Source: Desulfomonilia bacterium
GTDB lineage: Bacteria > Desulfobacterota > Desulfomonilia > UBA1062
Assembly (NCBI GenBank): GCA_963664325.2
Contig: CAXXDQ010000003.1
Location: 32,001-96,000 of the forward strand
Reading direction: 5' to 3'
Length of the DNA stretch: 64,000 nt
Of this stretch, positions 39,013-50,346 are shown one piece after another. Under the pieces are notes generated by a model. The model searched no databases, was not told where the DNA came from, and saw nothing but the letters and a program-made list of their open reading frames with translations. The stretch's first letter is position 1, and each line of letters opens with the position of its first letter. The translations under genes were made by a program, and so were the position numbers.

Positions 39013-40119
39013 GTGAAAAGATTATTTCTTGGTTTTATCATCATATTGATATGTTCCGCCGGATGTCTGAATAAAACCAGCAGTAAAGATTCTGCGGCTG
39101 GATACGATCTGTTAAGAATTCAGGCCCAGGAAACAACATTTGATGAAGAGCTTGGCGGAATGGGTATCTATTATGGAAATTTTCATTCCCACAGCACTAT
39201 ATCAGGTGCCCAGGGAACGCCCGATGAAGTCCTGACATGGGCCAGGGACACAGCAGGTTTTGATTTCTACGCAATGACCGATCATGCCGAGGAGATAACT
39301 GCCACTGAATGGAAACAGATGCGGGAAGCCACTGACCGGTTTAATGAAGACGGCGTTTTCGTTGCCATGAGGGGGTTTGAATGGAGCAGTTCTGTTTTCG
39401 GGCATATCTGCGTCTACAATACCGACAGATACACAAACAGCGTTTTCAGCCCGTTCCTGCTCATGTTCTACTTCTGGCTAAACTGCAATGACGGGCTTGC
39501 ACAGTTCAATCACCCCGGCAGGGAAGAGCTTATGTTCAGAAACTTCATGTATCTAAGGTGTGTGGCTGACAATTTCTTTGCAGTTGAGACCGGCAACAAG
39601 GACACCGGGAACAATGATTATACCTATCTCGATAAATACCCTGATGCGCTTGACAAAGGATGGAAAGTGGCCCCTACGAGCAACCAGGATAATCACAGCA
39701 TGAATGCGAATTCCCACAGGTCCGTAGCAATTATGGAAAGTCTTACCCGCCAGGGGTTAATTGATGCAATGAAAGCAAGGAGGATATATTCATCCGATGA
39801 CCCCAACATTGAAATCATATTCAAGCATGATGATACATGGATGGGTTCTGAGGTCGAGACAGCAGACGAAACCATCAATTTCAAGATATGGGTCAGGGAT
39901 GACGAGCCGATAGAAAAAGTGACGCTTTATACGAACCATGGAGTTGTCGCCGCGGAAACCATTCCAGATTCCGAAACCCCGGAAGTCAGATGGGAGCCCG
40001 AAATAGAGATAGGAAACTCGACCTACTTCTATGTACAGGTTGAAGAAAAAAATCTTTATGATGCTGATCTCGAAACACAAATAGCGGTCACAGCCCCCAT
40101 TTGGGTGAAGCGAAACTGA
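39013..40119 (+). CDS. PHP-fold metallohydrolase lipoprotein (CehA/McbA-like)
   Basis: Lipobox SAGC; GNFHSHS, TDH, GFEWS..GH, NHP, QDNH. Confidence 0.8.
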   Translation: MKRLFLGFIIILICSAGCLNKTSSKDSAAGYDLLRIQAQETTFDEELGGMGIYYGNFHSHSTISGAQGTPDEVLTWARDTAGFDFYAMTDHAEEITATEWKQMREATDRFNEDGVFVAMRGFEWSSSVFGHICVYNTDRYTNSVFSPFLLMFYFWLNCNDGLAQFNHPGREELMFRNFMYLRCVADNFFAVETGNKDTGNNDYTYLDKYPDALDKGWKVAPTSNQDNHSMNANSHRSVAIMESLTRQGLIDAMKARRIYSSDDPNIEIIFKHDDTWMGSEVETADETINFKIWVRDDEPIEKVTLYTNHGVVAAETIPDSETPEVRWEPEIEIGNSTYFYVQVEEKNLYDADLETQIAVTAPIWVKRN

Positions 40120-40267
40120 AAAGAGCAGCAAATAAGATCTCAGCATCTGACATGCCGGCTCTGTTGTTGTGAATTAGTCCATTAAAGAAAAGGGTTGAAT
40201 AATTTCATAAAGCCCTTTGCCCTGTCTGGATTTACCTTCAGGATGCTGCCAGATTAAGGTACTTCAA

Positions 40268-41845
40268 TTATTTTACGCATGCATCACGTTCGATTATTGC
40301 CATGACCTGTTTTAGCAGGCTGTGGAGGCCTGCGGAATCGAGCAGTTCGAGGTTGTTTACGGCTTCCAGGATCGGCACTGCCTCGTTCTCTCCTGCCGCA
40401 TCTCTCAGTTTGCCGGCAAGCATCTCTTCCACAACGCTTTCTGGCGTACCTACAAAACCGTCCGGCATGCCGACATGCCTGCATATGGCAGTTCCGTCAC
40501 TGAGTCTGGCAACAACGGTTGCCCCGTTATAAAATCTGTACTCCCTGTCATCAACAGTATCCGGTCTGCTTTCGGGGAACTCTTTTTCCAGCAGTCTTGA
40601 GCGTTTGATATCTGCAGGCATTGATGCCAGGTCCTTCAAGCCGCCGTATTTCTTGTAAAAGGGAAATAATTTTAATGGATGCTTCAGAAACAGGGAAGTC
40701 GCATCAGGAATCGGCGATGAGTGCTTCAACATCTGAAGGGATGCCATTGGATCGTGGTAGACCTTTGTCCTTTCTGCAAGCGACCAGACAGCGTCCCTGG
40801 AAAGAGAGGCCTTTGAGAAACTCTCTGGTTTGAGGTTCCCGTCATGCAGCATCAGGGAGCAGTTTATAGGCAGGGAGAAGTTCAATGTCGTAAGAGTGCT
40901 GTTTTTGCCTTTCATGTACGGCCCGGACAAGTCATCCATCTTCTTGGAAAGGATGTTGCAGTAAATTTCTACAGATTCGATTGCATCTGTAACGGAGCCG
41001 GCTGATTTCATCCCGTTTAGGATCTCTTCACAGGCCTGAACCGGCGCTGCGATATAGGCGCATCCAGGGAATTTTTTGAATGACAGCGTCCTTGAGAAAA
41101 AGTCTGTTCCAAGGCTGTCCCAGACAGCAAGAAGCGGCAGGTATGAAAAGGTCCGGTAAAAGCTTGCGCAATCTTCAAATGGATCGGCGCCGCCTATTCC
41201 GGTGTCTCCGGCAAGCCCCGATTTTATGCCGATATCAAGAGGAGCGTTTGCAGTCATGCATTTTGCGGGAGACCCGAAAAAGGTATCCATCATGCCATAT
41301 ACCGGGTATGCGAGGGCGAGGGTTATGCAGGACTTGATCATGCCTTTAACTTCATCATCCTTCATGCCGGCCGAGCGCATTCTGGCGAGTTGTGATGCTG
41401 CAGTTATCTGGTGAACCGGAGTCCACATCTGGCCGTTGTGCGGCCCCAGGAATATCGAGGCGCCAAGCCTTCCGCCGATTTCATTGCCGATTGTCTGCAG
41501 TGTTAAAAATTCCTGGCCGTCAATGCCGTATTTATCCGAAAAAGCCAACGGAGTTATCACCGATGAATGTCCTGAATGTGCCGCGAACATGAAATCGTCA
41601 TAGTCGTACAGCATCGAAAGCGTTGAAAGTGCGCAAGAGAGCTTCCATGCATCGCTCCTGTCCTCCGGATAGAGTCTGTCCATTATCCATCTGAAATAGG
41701 GGCTCTTTTTCCCATGAAGGATGGCCCCGATCATGGAGAGAATCTGCCATTTGTTTCGCTTTATGATGGATTCGGGAATATCATCAAACGTCAAGCCGGT
41801 TTTCGGATTAATATAGTCAGCTATTTTATCAAGTATTCTCGACAC
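40268..41845 (-). CDS. MmgE/PrpD family protein
   Basis: DYDDFMFAAHSGHS, GNEIGGRLG, FKKFPGCAY, SLP. Confidence 0.8.
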   Translation of the reverse strand: MSRILDKIADYINPKTGLTFDDIPESIIKRNKWQILSMIGAILHGKKSPYFRWIMDRLYPEDRSDAWKLSCALSTLSMLYDYDDFMFAAHSGHSSVITPLAFSDKYGIDGQEFLTLQTIGNEIGGRLGASIFLGPHNGQMWTPVHQITAASQLARMRSAGMKDDEVKGMIKSCITLALAYPVYGMMDTFFGSPAKCMTANAPLDIGIKSGLAGDTGIGGADPFEDCASFYRTFSYLPLLAVWDSLGTDFFSRTLSFKKFPGCAYIAAPVQACEEILNGMKSAGSVTDAIESVEIYCNILSKKMDDLSGPYMKGKNSTLTTLNFSLPINCSLMLHDGNLKPESFSKASLSRDAVWSLAERTKVYHDPMASLQMLKHSSPIPDATSLFLKHPLKLFPFYKKYGGLKDLASMPADIKRSRLLEKEFPESRPDTVDDREYRFYNGATVVARLSDGTAICRHVGMPDGFVGTPESVVEEMLAGKLRDAAGENEAVPILEAVNNLELLDSAGLHSLLKQVMAIIERDACVK

Positions 41846-41972
41846 TTTTATTCTCCTTGGTCATAATAATAATTCAAATATAGGCCTGAAGCCTATTTTT
41901 GCAAACCTCAACCTTGACTAGGCAGCGGCTTTGCGCATAACGTTAAGCATATCCCAATAAAGGAGGGCGGCC

Positions 41973-42797
41973 ATGGAAATAAATATCAGAAAAACTGCAA
42001 TAGCAGGCTCATGGTATCCCGGGAATCCGGAAACTCTGAAAAGGGACATTCAGAAATATCTGGACAATGCGGAAACAGCCCCTTCAAAGGATAAGCCTGC
42101 CGTGATCATTAGCCCTCATGCAGGATACATGTACTCCGGTCCCGTGGCAGCGTATGCATACAAGGCGGTATCAGGCCATACCTATAAAACAGTGGTGGTG
42201 ATAAGCCCGTCGCACAAGGCTTTCTTCCCGTTTGTCTCGGTCTGGGCGGAAGGCGGTTTTGAGACGCCCCTGGGAAAGATCGATGTAGATACGGGTCTGT
42301 GCAGTTCGCTCATGAATGCTTCACGATACATCCGGGATGAAAAGTCGCCGCATGTCGCAGAGCATGCACTTGAAATACAGCTTCCTTTTCTGAAGCATAT
42401 CCTTGGAGATTTCAGGCTGTGTCCTTTGATCATGGGGGAGCAAAGCCTCAACATGTGCAGGGAGCTTTCAGAGGCCCTTGCAGGGAGTATTGCAAACCTG
42501 GAAGAAACACTGGTTGTGGCAAGCTCGGACCTGTCGCATTTTCATCATGCCGAGCGTGCACGTGTCATGGACGGGAATATGGCAAAACTGATCGGGGAAT
42601 ATGACATTGAGGGTTTGAGCGAGGCCCTTGATTCAGGCAGAAGCGAGGCCTGCGGCGGGGGGCCTGTAATGGCTGCAATGCTATATGCAAAAGCCAAAGG
42701 AAGGATGAATGTTAAAGTACTCAAATATGCAACCTCCGCCGACATAACGGGCGACAGGTCTTCCGTGGTGGGCTACCTTTCGGCAGTGATATCGTAG
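41973..42797 (+). CDS. amrB: AmmeMemoRadiSam system protein B (MEMO1 family)
   Basis: AIAGSWYP, SPHAGYMYSG, EHALEIQLPFL, ASSDLSH, ACGGGP, VVGY. Confidence 0.9.
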   Translation: MEINIRKTAIAGSWYPGNPETLKRDIQKYLDNAETAPSKDKPAVIISPHAGYMYSGPVAAYAYKAVSGHTYKTVVVISPSHKAFFPFVSVWAEGGFETPLGKIDVDTGLCSSLMNASRYIRDEKSPHVAEHALEIQLPFLKHILGDFRLCPLIMGEQSLNMCRELSEALAGSIANLEETLVVASSDLSHFHHAERARVMDGNMAKLIGEYDIEGLSEALDSGRSEACGGGPVMAAMLYAKAKGRMNVKVLKYATSADITGDRSSVVGYLSAVIS

Positions 42798-42808
42798 TAC
42801 CGGAGAGC

Positions 42809-45202
42809 TTGATGGACAGAAAGAATGCAATCGTTGAATTACTCAAAAGAAGAGTTGTTATCCTGGACGGCTCGACCGGAGTTCTTCTCCAGTCAAGGGG
42901 GATGCCGTCAGGCGTATGCCCCGAGGCATGGTGCATTGAAAACCCCGAGAAAATACAATCCATACACTCGGATTATGAAAAAGCAGGCGCGGATATTGTC
43001 TATACATGCACGCTGGGAGGCTCCGGGCCGAAACTCCAGGAATACGGATATACTGATGTCTATGACATCAACAAGAAGCTGGCCGGGATTGCTCTTCAAT
43101 CTGTCGGAGAAAAGACTTTTATCGCCGGCGACATAGGCCCTACGGGGTTATTTGTTGAGCCTTTCGGGAACCTGGGCTTTGAGGATGCCGTAAACATTTT
43201 CAAGGAGCAGGCCAGGGGCCTGATCGACGGCGGAGTCGACCTGTTCGTAATTGAAACAATGATAGACATACAGGAGGCAAGGGCCGCACTCATTGCAGTC
43301 CGGGAGCTTACGAACGCCTTCACGATAGTTACCATGACCTATGAACCCGGCGGCAGGACGCTGGGAGGAACAGACCCTGTTACCGCCCTTATAACCCTGC
43401 AGGCTCTGGGTGCGGATGCAGTCGGGTGCAACTGTTCAACCGGCCCTGAACAGATGCTGCCGGTCATTTCCTTGATGAAACCTTATGCGAAGGTGCCCCT
43501 TGTTGCCAAGCCCAATGCGGGTCTGCCGAAGCTGATTGGCGGCAAGACTGTTTTCGACATGGAGGCTTCCGAGTTCGGGTCGTTCGGCAGGGCCTTTACT
43601 GAAGCTGGCATCAATATGATTGGAGGCTGCTGCGGGACAACGCCTGCACACATAAAGGCTGTTGCAGAGGCGGAAAAAGACACCATCCCCCAGCAGCCTG
43701 CAAGAAGCTCTATTTCGGCGCTCAGCTCAGGAAAAGCCCACATCATCCTTGATAACGACAGGCCTGTCACAGTCATTGGCGAGCGAATCAACCCTACGGG
43801 CAAGAAGATGCTGCAGGCCGAACTGAAAGAAGGCAGCCTGAGTCTTGTGCGCCAGTTTGCCCGCGAACAGATAGATGCCGGGGCAGACCTCCTGGATGTC
43901 AATGTAGGCGTACCAGGAATTAACGAACCTGATGTCATGAGATCGGTTATCGGCCTCCTGTCATCCGTAACGGACCTGCCGCTTGCAGTCGACAGTTCGA
44001 AAGCCGAGGCTATTGAGACTGCGCTCAGGCTTTATCCCGGAAGGGCGCTTATCAATTCCATCTCCGGTGAAGAGGCCAAAATCAGGACGCTGCTCCCTGT
44101 TGCGGCAAAATACGGGGCGATGTTCATACTGCTCCCGCTTACCGACAGCGGAATTCCGCTAAGCTTTGAAGAAAGAAAAGCGGCAATAGAAGATATTTTC
44201 AAAAAGGCCGAACCCTATGGTTTCACGAAAGATGATTTTGTTGTTGACGCCCTGACCATGACGGTTTCGGCGGAACAGGATGCCGCAAGGGTGACGCTTG
44301 ATACTATCGAATGGTGCACGAATGTCTTTCAGGCCCGGACAGTGCTGGGCCTGTCCAATGTCTCATTCGGGCTGCCGGAACGCAGATGGATAAACGCCTC
44401 GTTCCTGGCTATGGCCGCTTCCCGGGGTTTGAGCCTGGCGATTGCAAATCCATTAAGTGAAGAGCTCATGGCTTTAAAGCTGGCTTCAGACGTCCTGACC
44501 GGCCGTGACAGGGGGGCCAGGGCCTACATATCCCGTTATACCGTCTCCCCAAACAATATTCCCGTCCAGACCGAGACCCTTCCTCCATCCCGGCAGGTGG
44601 CGAGGGCAATTCTAGACGGCAACAGGGATGATATATCCGTCCTTGTTGAAAAGGCTTTGTCGGCGGGAACAAATGCCTCAGGACTGGTCAATGAGATCAT
44701 GATCCCTGCAATCAGGCAGGTGGGCGACCTGTATGAGAAAGGCACATATTTCCTGCCCCAGCTTATTGCAAGTGCCGAGACCATGCAGAAAGGCTTTGCC
44801 GTGCTCGAACCTATGCTCGATCAGGCATCCGCCGCTAAAAAGGGCAGGATTATCATGGCAACCGTTAAAGGCGACATACACGACATAGGAAAGAATATCG
44901 TTGTCCTTCTGCTCAGAAATAATGGCTTTGAGGTCATCGATCTTGGCAAGGATGTGTCAAGCGAGGCGATCATTAAGGCAATAAGAGAATACAAGCCGGA
45001 TATTGTCGGACTATCTGCGCTTATGACCACCACAATGACCAGGATGAAGGAAGTAATTGAACTTGCCCGAACAAACGGCATAAACACCCGGTTCATGCTC
45101 GGAGGCGCCGTGGTGACGAATGAGTATGCTGTCTCGATCGGCGCCCTGTATGCCAAAGACGGTGTCGAGGCCGTCAAGATCGCGGAATCTATAGTTTCTT
45201 AG
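42809..45202 (+). CDS. metH: Cobalamin-dependent methionine synthase (Hcy-binding, pterin-binding and B12 domains; no C-terminal reactivation domain)
   Basis: GCNC, GGCCGT, IGERINPTG, GLSNVSFG, GDIHDIGKN, SALMTTT. Confidence 0.88.
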   Translation: MMDRKNAIVELLKRRVVILDGSTGVLLQSRGMPSGVCPEAWCIENPEKIQSIHSDYEKAGADIVYTCTLGGSGPKLQEYGYTDVYDINKKLAGIALQSVGEKTFIAGDIGPTGLFVEPFGNLGFEDAVNIFKEQARGLIDGGVDLFVIETMIDIQEARAALIAVRELTNAFTIVTMTYEPGGRTLGGTDPVTALITLQALGADAVGCNCSTGPEQMLPVISLMKPYAKVPLVAKPNAGLPKLIGGKTVFDMEASEFGSFGRAFTEAGINMIGGCCGTTPAHIKAVAEAEKDTIPQQPARSSISALSSGKAHIILDNDRPVTVIGERINPTGKKMLQAELKEGSLSLVRQFAREQIDAGADLLDVNVGVPGINEPDVMRSVIGLLSSVTDLPLAVDSSKAEAIETALRLYPGRALINSISGEEAKIRTLLPVAAKYGAMFILLPLTDSGIPLSFEERKAAIEDIFKKAEPYGFTKDDFVVDALTMTVSAEQDAARVTLDTIEWCTNVFQARTVLGLSNVSFGLPERRWINASFLAMAASRGLSLAIANPLSEELMALKLASDVLTGRDRGARAYISRYTVSPNNIPVQTETLPPSRQVARAILDGNRDDISVLVEKALSAGTNASGLVNEIMIPAIRQVGDLYEKGTYFLPQLIASAETMQKGFAVLEPMLDQASAAKKGRIIMATVKGDIHDIGKNIVVLLLRNNGFEVIDLGKDVSSEAIIKAIREYKPDIVGLSALMTTTMTRMKEVIELARTNGINTRFMLGGAVVTNEYAVSIGALYAKDGVEAVKIAESIVS

Positions 45203-45236
45203 GATCTGTCACTTGTTTAGCAGAAGCTTTTGCGTT

Positions 45237-45735
45237 TTATTTGCTTTTTGAGGTTGTCGCCGGCTTTTTCAAAAGCTCCTCGACCTGGTTTGCCAGGTCA
45301 TAGCATGGATAGCAGAACAATTTCCCGTCCGGTCCGACAAGAATTTTGGTGGGGACCCCCCTGATGCCGTAATTGCGGGCGACAGCCGCCTCAGTATCAA
45401 GCAGGGTCGTATAGGTGACCTGGTATTTTTTAATGAACGACTCCACCTTCGTTTTGCTTTCATTCATGTCAATCGCCAGAATCTCCAGCTTGCCTTTATA
45501 TTTGCTGGCCATTTCATTTACTTCAGGAACTTCCCTTTTGCAGTAGGGACACCATGTGGTTGTGAAAATCAGCAAGACATTTTTGCCCTTGAAATCCTTC
45601 AGTGAAATATTTTTTCCGTTCATATCCTGCAATGTGAAATCAGGCGCCATGGGCATACCGGCTGCAAATACTTCAGCCGCCAAAAAAAACGCTCAGCAAC
45701 GCCGACACCAGAACAATAAGTTTCCCTGTCTTCAT
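45237..45735 (-). CDS. TlpA/ResA thiol:disulfide oxidoreductase (frameshift in the homopolymer at 45682-45689)
   Basis: WCPYC, APDFTL, GVP; signal peptide MKTGKLIVLVSALLSV joins in frame if one T is removed. Confidence 0.85.
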
Positions 45736-45745
45736 CCGATCTCCT

Positions 45746-46450
45746 TTAAACTGACATGCTGCCGGCCATGAACAGGAAGTATTCACCTATCCCGATCATT
45801 ACGAGGCCGAATATCTTCTGAATCCATACCATCCATTTGCCTGGTTTTGGAAGACTTTTTAAGAGTCCGGTAAAAATCCCTACCAGAAACAGCAGCGTGC
45901 CCATTCCTGTTGCGAATACGAATAAAAGGCTCATGCCGAAGAAGAGATTCTGTTTTGCCGCCACATATCCCAGGACAACGCCGAGTACGGGTGCCGTGCA
46001 GGGGCCTATCACAAGGCCTGAGACAATTCCCATAAGCAGCCCGGATGCTATGCCCGTCTTTCTGCCATGCCGTCCATGCGTTTTTATTCCCGGGAGAGAG
46101 AAGGTATAAACGCCCAGCATGGAAAGGCCAAACAGTATGAATATGTTCGCCAGTATGAAGAATGTCCAGGGATTGGTCTGAATCCTGCCGAAAAAGCTGC
46201 CGGTCAGCGCTGCAATTGCACCGAGAGCGGTATAAGTGACCGCCATGCCCAGGACATAGGCCGTTGTCCTGATGATTGCCTCGATCCGGCTGGTACCGCC
46301 GCCGCCGACATATGCCACGGTTATCGGTATCACCGGGTACACGCACGGCGTAAGGCTGACAAGGAATCCGCCGAGATAGACGGCAAGGTAGGACATAAGC
46401 AGCGATGAGCCCAGGTAAATGTCAATATTGTTTGTGATGGATTCAATCAT
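45746..46450 (-). CDS. ccdA: CcdA/DsbD transmembrane electron transfer protein
   Basis: SLTPCVYPVIP and GPCTAPVL. Confidence 0.88.
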   Translation of the reverse strand: MIESITNNIDIYLGSSLLMSYLAVYLGGFLVSLTPCVYPVIPITVAYVGGGGTSRIEAIIRTTAYVLGMAVTYTALGAIAALTGSFFGRIQTNPWTFFILANIFILFGLSMLGVYTFSLPGIKTHGRHGRKTGIASGLLMGIVSGLVIGPCTAPVLGVVLGYVAAKQNLFFGMSLLFVFATGMGTLLFLVGIFTGLLKSLPKPGKWMVWIQKIFGLVMIGIGEYFLFMAGSMSV

Positions 46451-46752
46451 GTCAGGTCCCTGATGAGGTGCTCGATCTCATGCCGGCTGGGTTCACCCGC
46501 AATGCGTTCGTATTCTGAACCGTCTTTAAATGCGACAATGGTCGGGAGGCTTAAAACTCCAAGCCTTGCAGGGGTAGCTGTATTGGAGCTTATGTCCAGT
46601 TCGCCGAAAACGATCTCCGGGTGACTGGCTGAGAGTTCTTTAAGGAAGGACTCGACTTTTTTACAGCCTGAACACCAAGGGGAGGTGAAAAGGACAACCG
46701 CTATGTTCTTTGAAAGAGCTTCAATATTTTCATCTGTTATTTCTTTGAGCAT
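46447..46752 (-). CDS. Thioredoxin family protein
   Basis: WCSGC, VLSLPT, FKDG. Confidence 0.88.
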   Translation of the reverse strand: MLKEITDENIEALSKNIAVVLFTSPWCSGCKKVESFLKELSASHPEIVFGELDISSNTATPARLGVLSLPTIVAFKDGSEYERIAGEPSRHEIEHLIRDLT

Positions 46753-46888
46753 ATTTAATATTCTAACATAAGCCTTGTTTATAGACAATTGATACGCTCT
46801 GTTCCTTATTGATGCGAATCAATATGGAAGCGATTGACCTGTCCTGCAAATTGGTCGATAATTCAGTCTTACGTTTAAAGGAGGGTTT

Positions 46889-48340
46889 ATGAAGACAAAA
46901 CTGAGAGCCGCACTGATTATAATCATTCTGCTTGTTTTCGGATGTTCGCATGCGCCAGAGCGTGTCCCTGTCCCGAAGGCTGAACCCGTATCAGTCAACG
47001 ATGCTGCGGCCATCGACAGGCTGTGCAGCGCAATAAAGCTTCAAACTGTCTCTTATGACGATGCATCAATGATTAATCCTGCCCCGTTTGTGGAATACAT
47101 GGCATTTTTAAAAACCGCATTTCCTTTGATAAGCAAGAATCTCAAGCTCGATGTCATAAACGGCTACAGCCTGCTTTATACATGGCAGGGGAGCGACGCC
47201 TCACTCAAACCCGTCGTACTCATGTCGCATTATGATGTCGTGCCTGTTGATGCGAACACGGTCAAGGACTGGAAGCAGCCGCCCTTCAGCGGCAATGTCG
47301 CTGACGGAATCATCTGGGGCCGAGGCGCACTGGACAACAAGCACAGCATGATCGCAATAATGGAATCTGTCGAAACCCTTCTTAAAAGCGGATTCAACCC
47401 CAAGAGGACGATATACCTCGCATTCGGCCACGACGAGGAAATTGGCGGCATCAATGGCGCGGCCAAGACGGTTGAGTTTCTTAAGGCAAAAGGCGTCAAA
47501 CCGGAATTTGCAATCGATGAAGGCGGCTGCGTGAAAACCGACGGGCTTGCCGGCGTCAAAATCCCCGTCGCGCTGATCGGCATTTCTGAAAAAGGCAGCC
47601 TGAATATACTTCTTGAAGTTGATGACAAGGGCGGCCATTCCTCCATGCCGCCGAAGCATACCGCCCTGGGTAAAATAGCCCGCGCCATTACCAGGCTGGA
47701 AAACTATTCGTTCCCGGAAAGCCTTTCCATGATCAAAGGGACAATCAAGCCGATTTCCGCCAGAATGCCGGCTGTCAACAGGTTTGTCATTACGAACACA
47801 TGGCTGACGGGGCCGCTGGTAAAGTCTATGCTTTCAAAATCCCCGGACATGGCTGCATCGATCCATACAACAATCGCCGCCACTCAGGCCACGGGCAGCA
47901 GCAAATCTAATGTGCTTCCCACAAAGGCTACCGCTGTTGTAAATTTCAGGCTGTTTCCAGGGGATTCGGTCGAAAAGGTCGTGAAAAAAGTGACTGAAGT
48001 GATTGACGACCCTGATGTCAAGATCACAGCAATGAAGCCTTATTTCGAGGCATCTCCGGTTTCAAGCACTACCTCTGAAGGGTTTAACGCAATCGTAAAA
48101 ACCATAAGGCAGACGCTTGAGGACAATGAAGAGATAACAATCGCGCCGTATCTTATGCTTGGCGGTTCCGATGCCAAGCACTTTGGCGCCATATCGCCAG
48201 ATACCTACCGTTTCCTGCCGGTTTTCATGGATAAAAAGGATCTCGACACAGTCCACGGGACAAACGAAAGCATCGGGGCAAAGAATTATTTAAGGATGAT
48301 ACAGTTTTACGCGCAGCTGATAAAGAATGTGCAGCAGTAA
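46889..48340 (+). CDS. M20 family peptidase lipoprotein (carboxypeptidase S / PM20D1-like)
   Basis: Lipobox VFGC; SHYDVVP, GRGALDNK, GHDEEIGG, DEGG, GGHSSMPP, HGTNE. Confidence 0.9.
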   Translation: MKTKLRAALIIIILLVFGCSHAPERVPVPKAEPVSVNDAAAIDRLCSAIKLQTVSYDDASMINPAPFVEYMAFLKTAFPLISKNLKLDVINGYSLLYTWQGSDASLKPVVLMSHYDVVPVDANTVKDWKQPPFSGNVADGIIWGRGALDNKHSMIAIMESVETLLKSGFNPKRTIYLAFGHDEEIGGINGAAKTVEFLKAKGVKPEFAIDEGGCVKTDGLAGVKIPVALIGISEKGSLNILLEVDDKGGHSSMPPKHTALGKIARAITRLENYSFPESLSMIKGTIKPISARMPAVNRFVITNTWLTGPLVKSMLSKSPDMAASIHTTIAATQATGSSKSNVLPTKATAVVNFRLFPGDSVEKVVKKVTEVIDDPDVKITAMKPYFEASPVSSTTSEGFNAIVKTIRQTLEDNEEITIAPYLMLGGSDAKHFGAISPDTYRFLPVFMDKKDLDTVHGTNESIGAKNYLRMIQFYAQLIKNVQQ

Positions 48341-48368
48341 TAGATAAGATTTTATAATCAGCGGATGG

Positions 48369-48400
48369 CGGAGGGTTCCGAACAGGTTCGGAACTCTCCG
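48369..48400. repeat. Strong intergenic hairpin (REP-like or terminator)
   Basis: CGGAGGGTTCCGAA-CAGG-TTCGGAACTCTCCG; no U tract directly after. Confidence 0.55.
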
Positions 48401-48550
48401 TAAACATATGCAAGCCGGCCTGTTAGGTGGTTTTTCTTTCTGCCGGACCGTTAAAACCTCAAAGAGCCTTATCCACCTGAATTTAGTTGATAACCTCTGC
48501 AATTTCTGAGTATAGTATCCGGCTGAATACACAAGAAAGGGAGAACATAT

Positions 48551-50339
48551 ATGAGTTATTCTGTAGGCCACGAAAAATTGAACGCATGGGTTAAGGAAAT
48601 GGCGGAAATGTGCAGACCGGACGGCATCCACTGGTGCGACGGCACAAAAGAGGAATACGACCGCCTTATGAAGGGAATGGTGGATGCAGGCATGGCGACA
48701 CCTTTGAATAAAAGGCCGAACAGCTTTTTATTCCGCTCTCATCCAAGTGATGTTGCAAGGCTTGAATCCAGGACTTATATAAGCACCGTCAGCCAGGAGG
48801 ACGCCGGACCCTCAAATATCTGGATGGCGCCTGACGAACTGAAAAAAATAATGGCCGGCCTTTACACGGGCTGCATGAAGGGCCGGACGATGTATGTTAT
48901 TCCGTTTTCCATGGGCCCGGTCGATTCGCCGATCGCCAAGATAGGCATCGAGATAACGGACAGCCCTTATGTCGTCTGCAACATGCACATCATGACCAGG
49001 GTCGGTTCGAAGGTTATTGAAAAGCTGGGCGTTAACGGAGAATTTATCCCGTGCATGCACTCTGTCGGCGCCCCGCTTGAACCGGGCAAGAAAGATTCAT
49101 CATGGCCCTGTGCTCCGCTTGAAGATAAATATATCAGCCATTTCCCGGAAGAGAACCTGATCTGGTCATACGGCAGCGGATACGGCGGAAACGCGCTCCT
49201 CGGAAAAAAAATGCCTCGCGCTGAGAATCGCTTCCGCCATGGCCAGGAGGGAAGGCTGGATGGCCGAGCACATGCTGATCTTGAGGCTGACCAGCCCGGA
49301 AGGGAAACGCTTCCACATCTCGGCGGCGTTCCCCTCGGCCTGCGGCAAGACAAATCTTGCAATGCTGACGCCCACAATTCCGGGCTGGAAATGCGAGTGC
49401 ATCGGCGACGACATAGCATGGATAAAGATAGGTCCGGACGGAAGGCCTTATGCGATAAATCCCGAGGCCGGGTTCTTCGGTGTCGCCCCCGGGACATCAT
49501 ATCAGTCAAACCCTGCGGCAATGGATTCGATAAAGGAAAACGCCATCTTTACCAACTGCGCGCTCACTGACGACGGGGACATCTGGTGGGAAGGCATCGA
49601 TGCGCCTGCACCTGGGCATGCGATAGACTGGAAAGGAAACGACTGGGCGGCGGGCAGCAAAGACCCCGCCGCGCATGCGAACGCCCGCTTTACGGCGCCA
49701 GCCAGACAGTGCCCGGTAATCTGTCCGGACTGGGAAGACCCCAAAGGCGTTGCAATCGATATAATGATATTCGGCGGAAGGCGCGGAAGCGTTGTGCCTC
49801 TGGTCAATGAGGCGTACAACTGGGATCACGGCGTATTCCTGGGTTCAACCGCTTCATCCGAGACAACGGCCGCAAATATCGGCGCAGTAGGAAATCTGAG
49901 ACGCGACCCGTTTGCCATGCAGCCTTTCTGCGGGTACAACATGGGTGATTATTTCCAGCACTGGCTTAACATGGGCGACAAGCTGGGCGGCAAGGCCCCG
50001 CGCATTTTCTATGTCAACTGGTTCAGAAAGACCGCTGAAGGCAAATGGCTGTGGCCTGGCTTCGGTGAAAACAGCCGTGTGCTCAAATGGATGTGCGAGC
50101 GTGTCGACGGCAAGGTTGGTGCGGTTGAAACACCGATCGGGCTTATGCCCAAGCCTGAAGACCTCGACCTTGCAGGCCTCGATGTTCCTGCGGCAGACCT
50201 GAAGGAACTTCTCAGGGTTGACGTCGAGGCATGGAAGGCGGAAGTTCCGGACATCGAAAAACACTTTGCCAAGTTCGGCGACCACATGCCCGGGCGGCTA
50301 AAAAAACAGCTTGAAGAGCTGGCGAAGAGGCTTGGTTAA
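48551..50339 (+). CDS. pckG: Phosphoenolpyruvate carboxykinase (GTP); frameshift in the A run at 49204-49211
   Basis: [15 protein letters not shown]|[39 protein letters not shown]. Confidence 0.93.
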
Positions 50340-50346
50340 ACAATTT

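Noticed and set aside
42809-45202. MetH appears truncated
   Set aside because: MetH without the reactivation domain is a known architecture (e.g. Thermotoga), and the ORF ends cleanly after the B12 domain.
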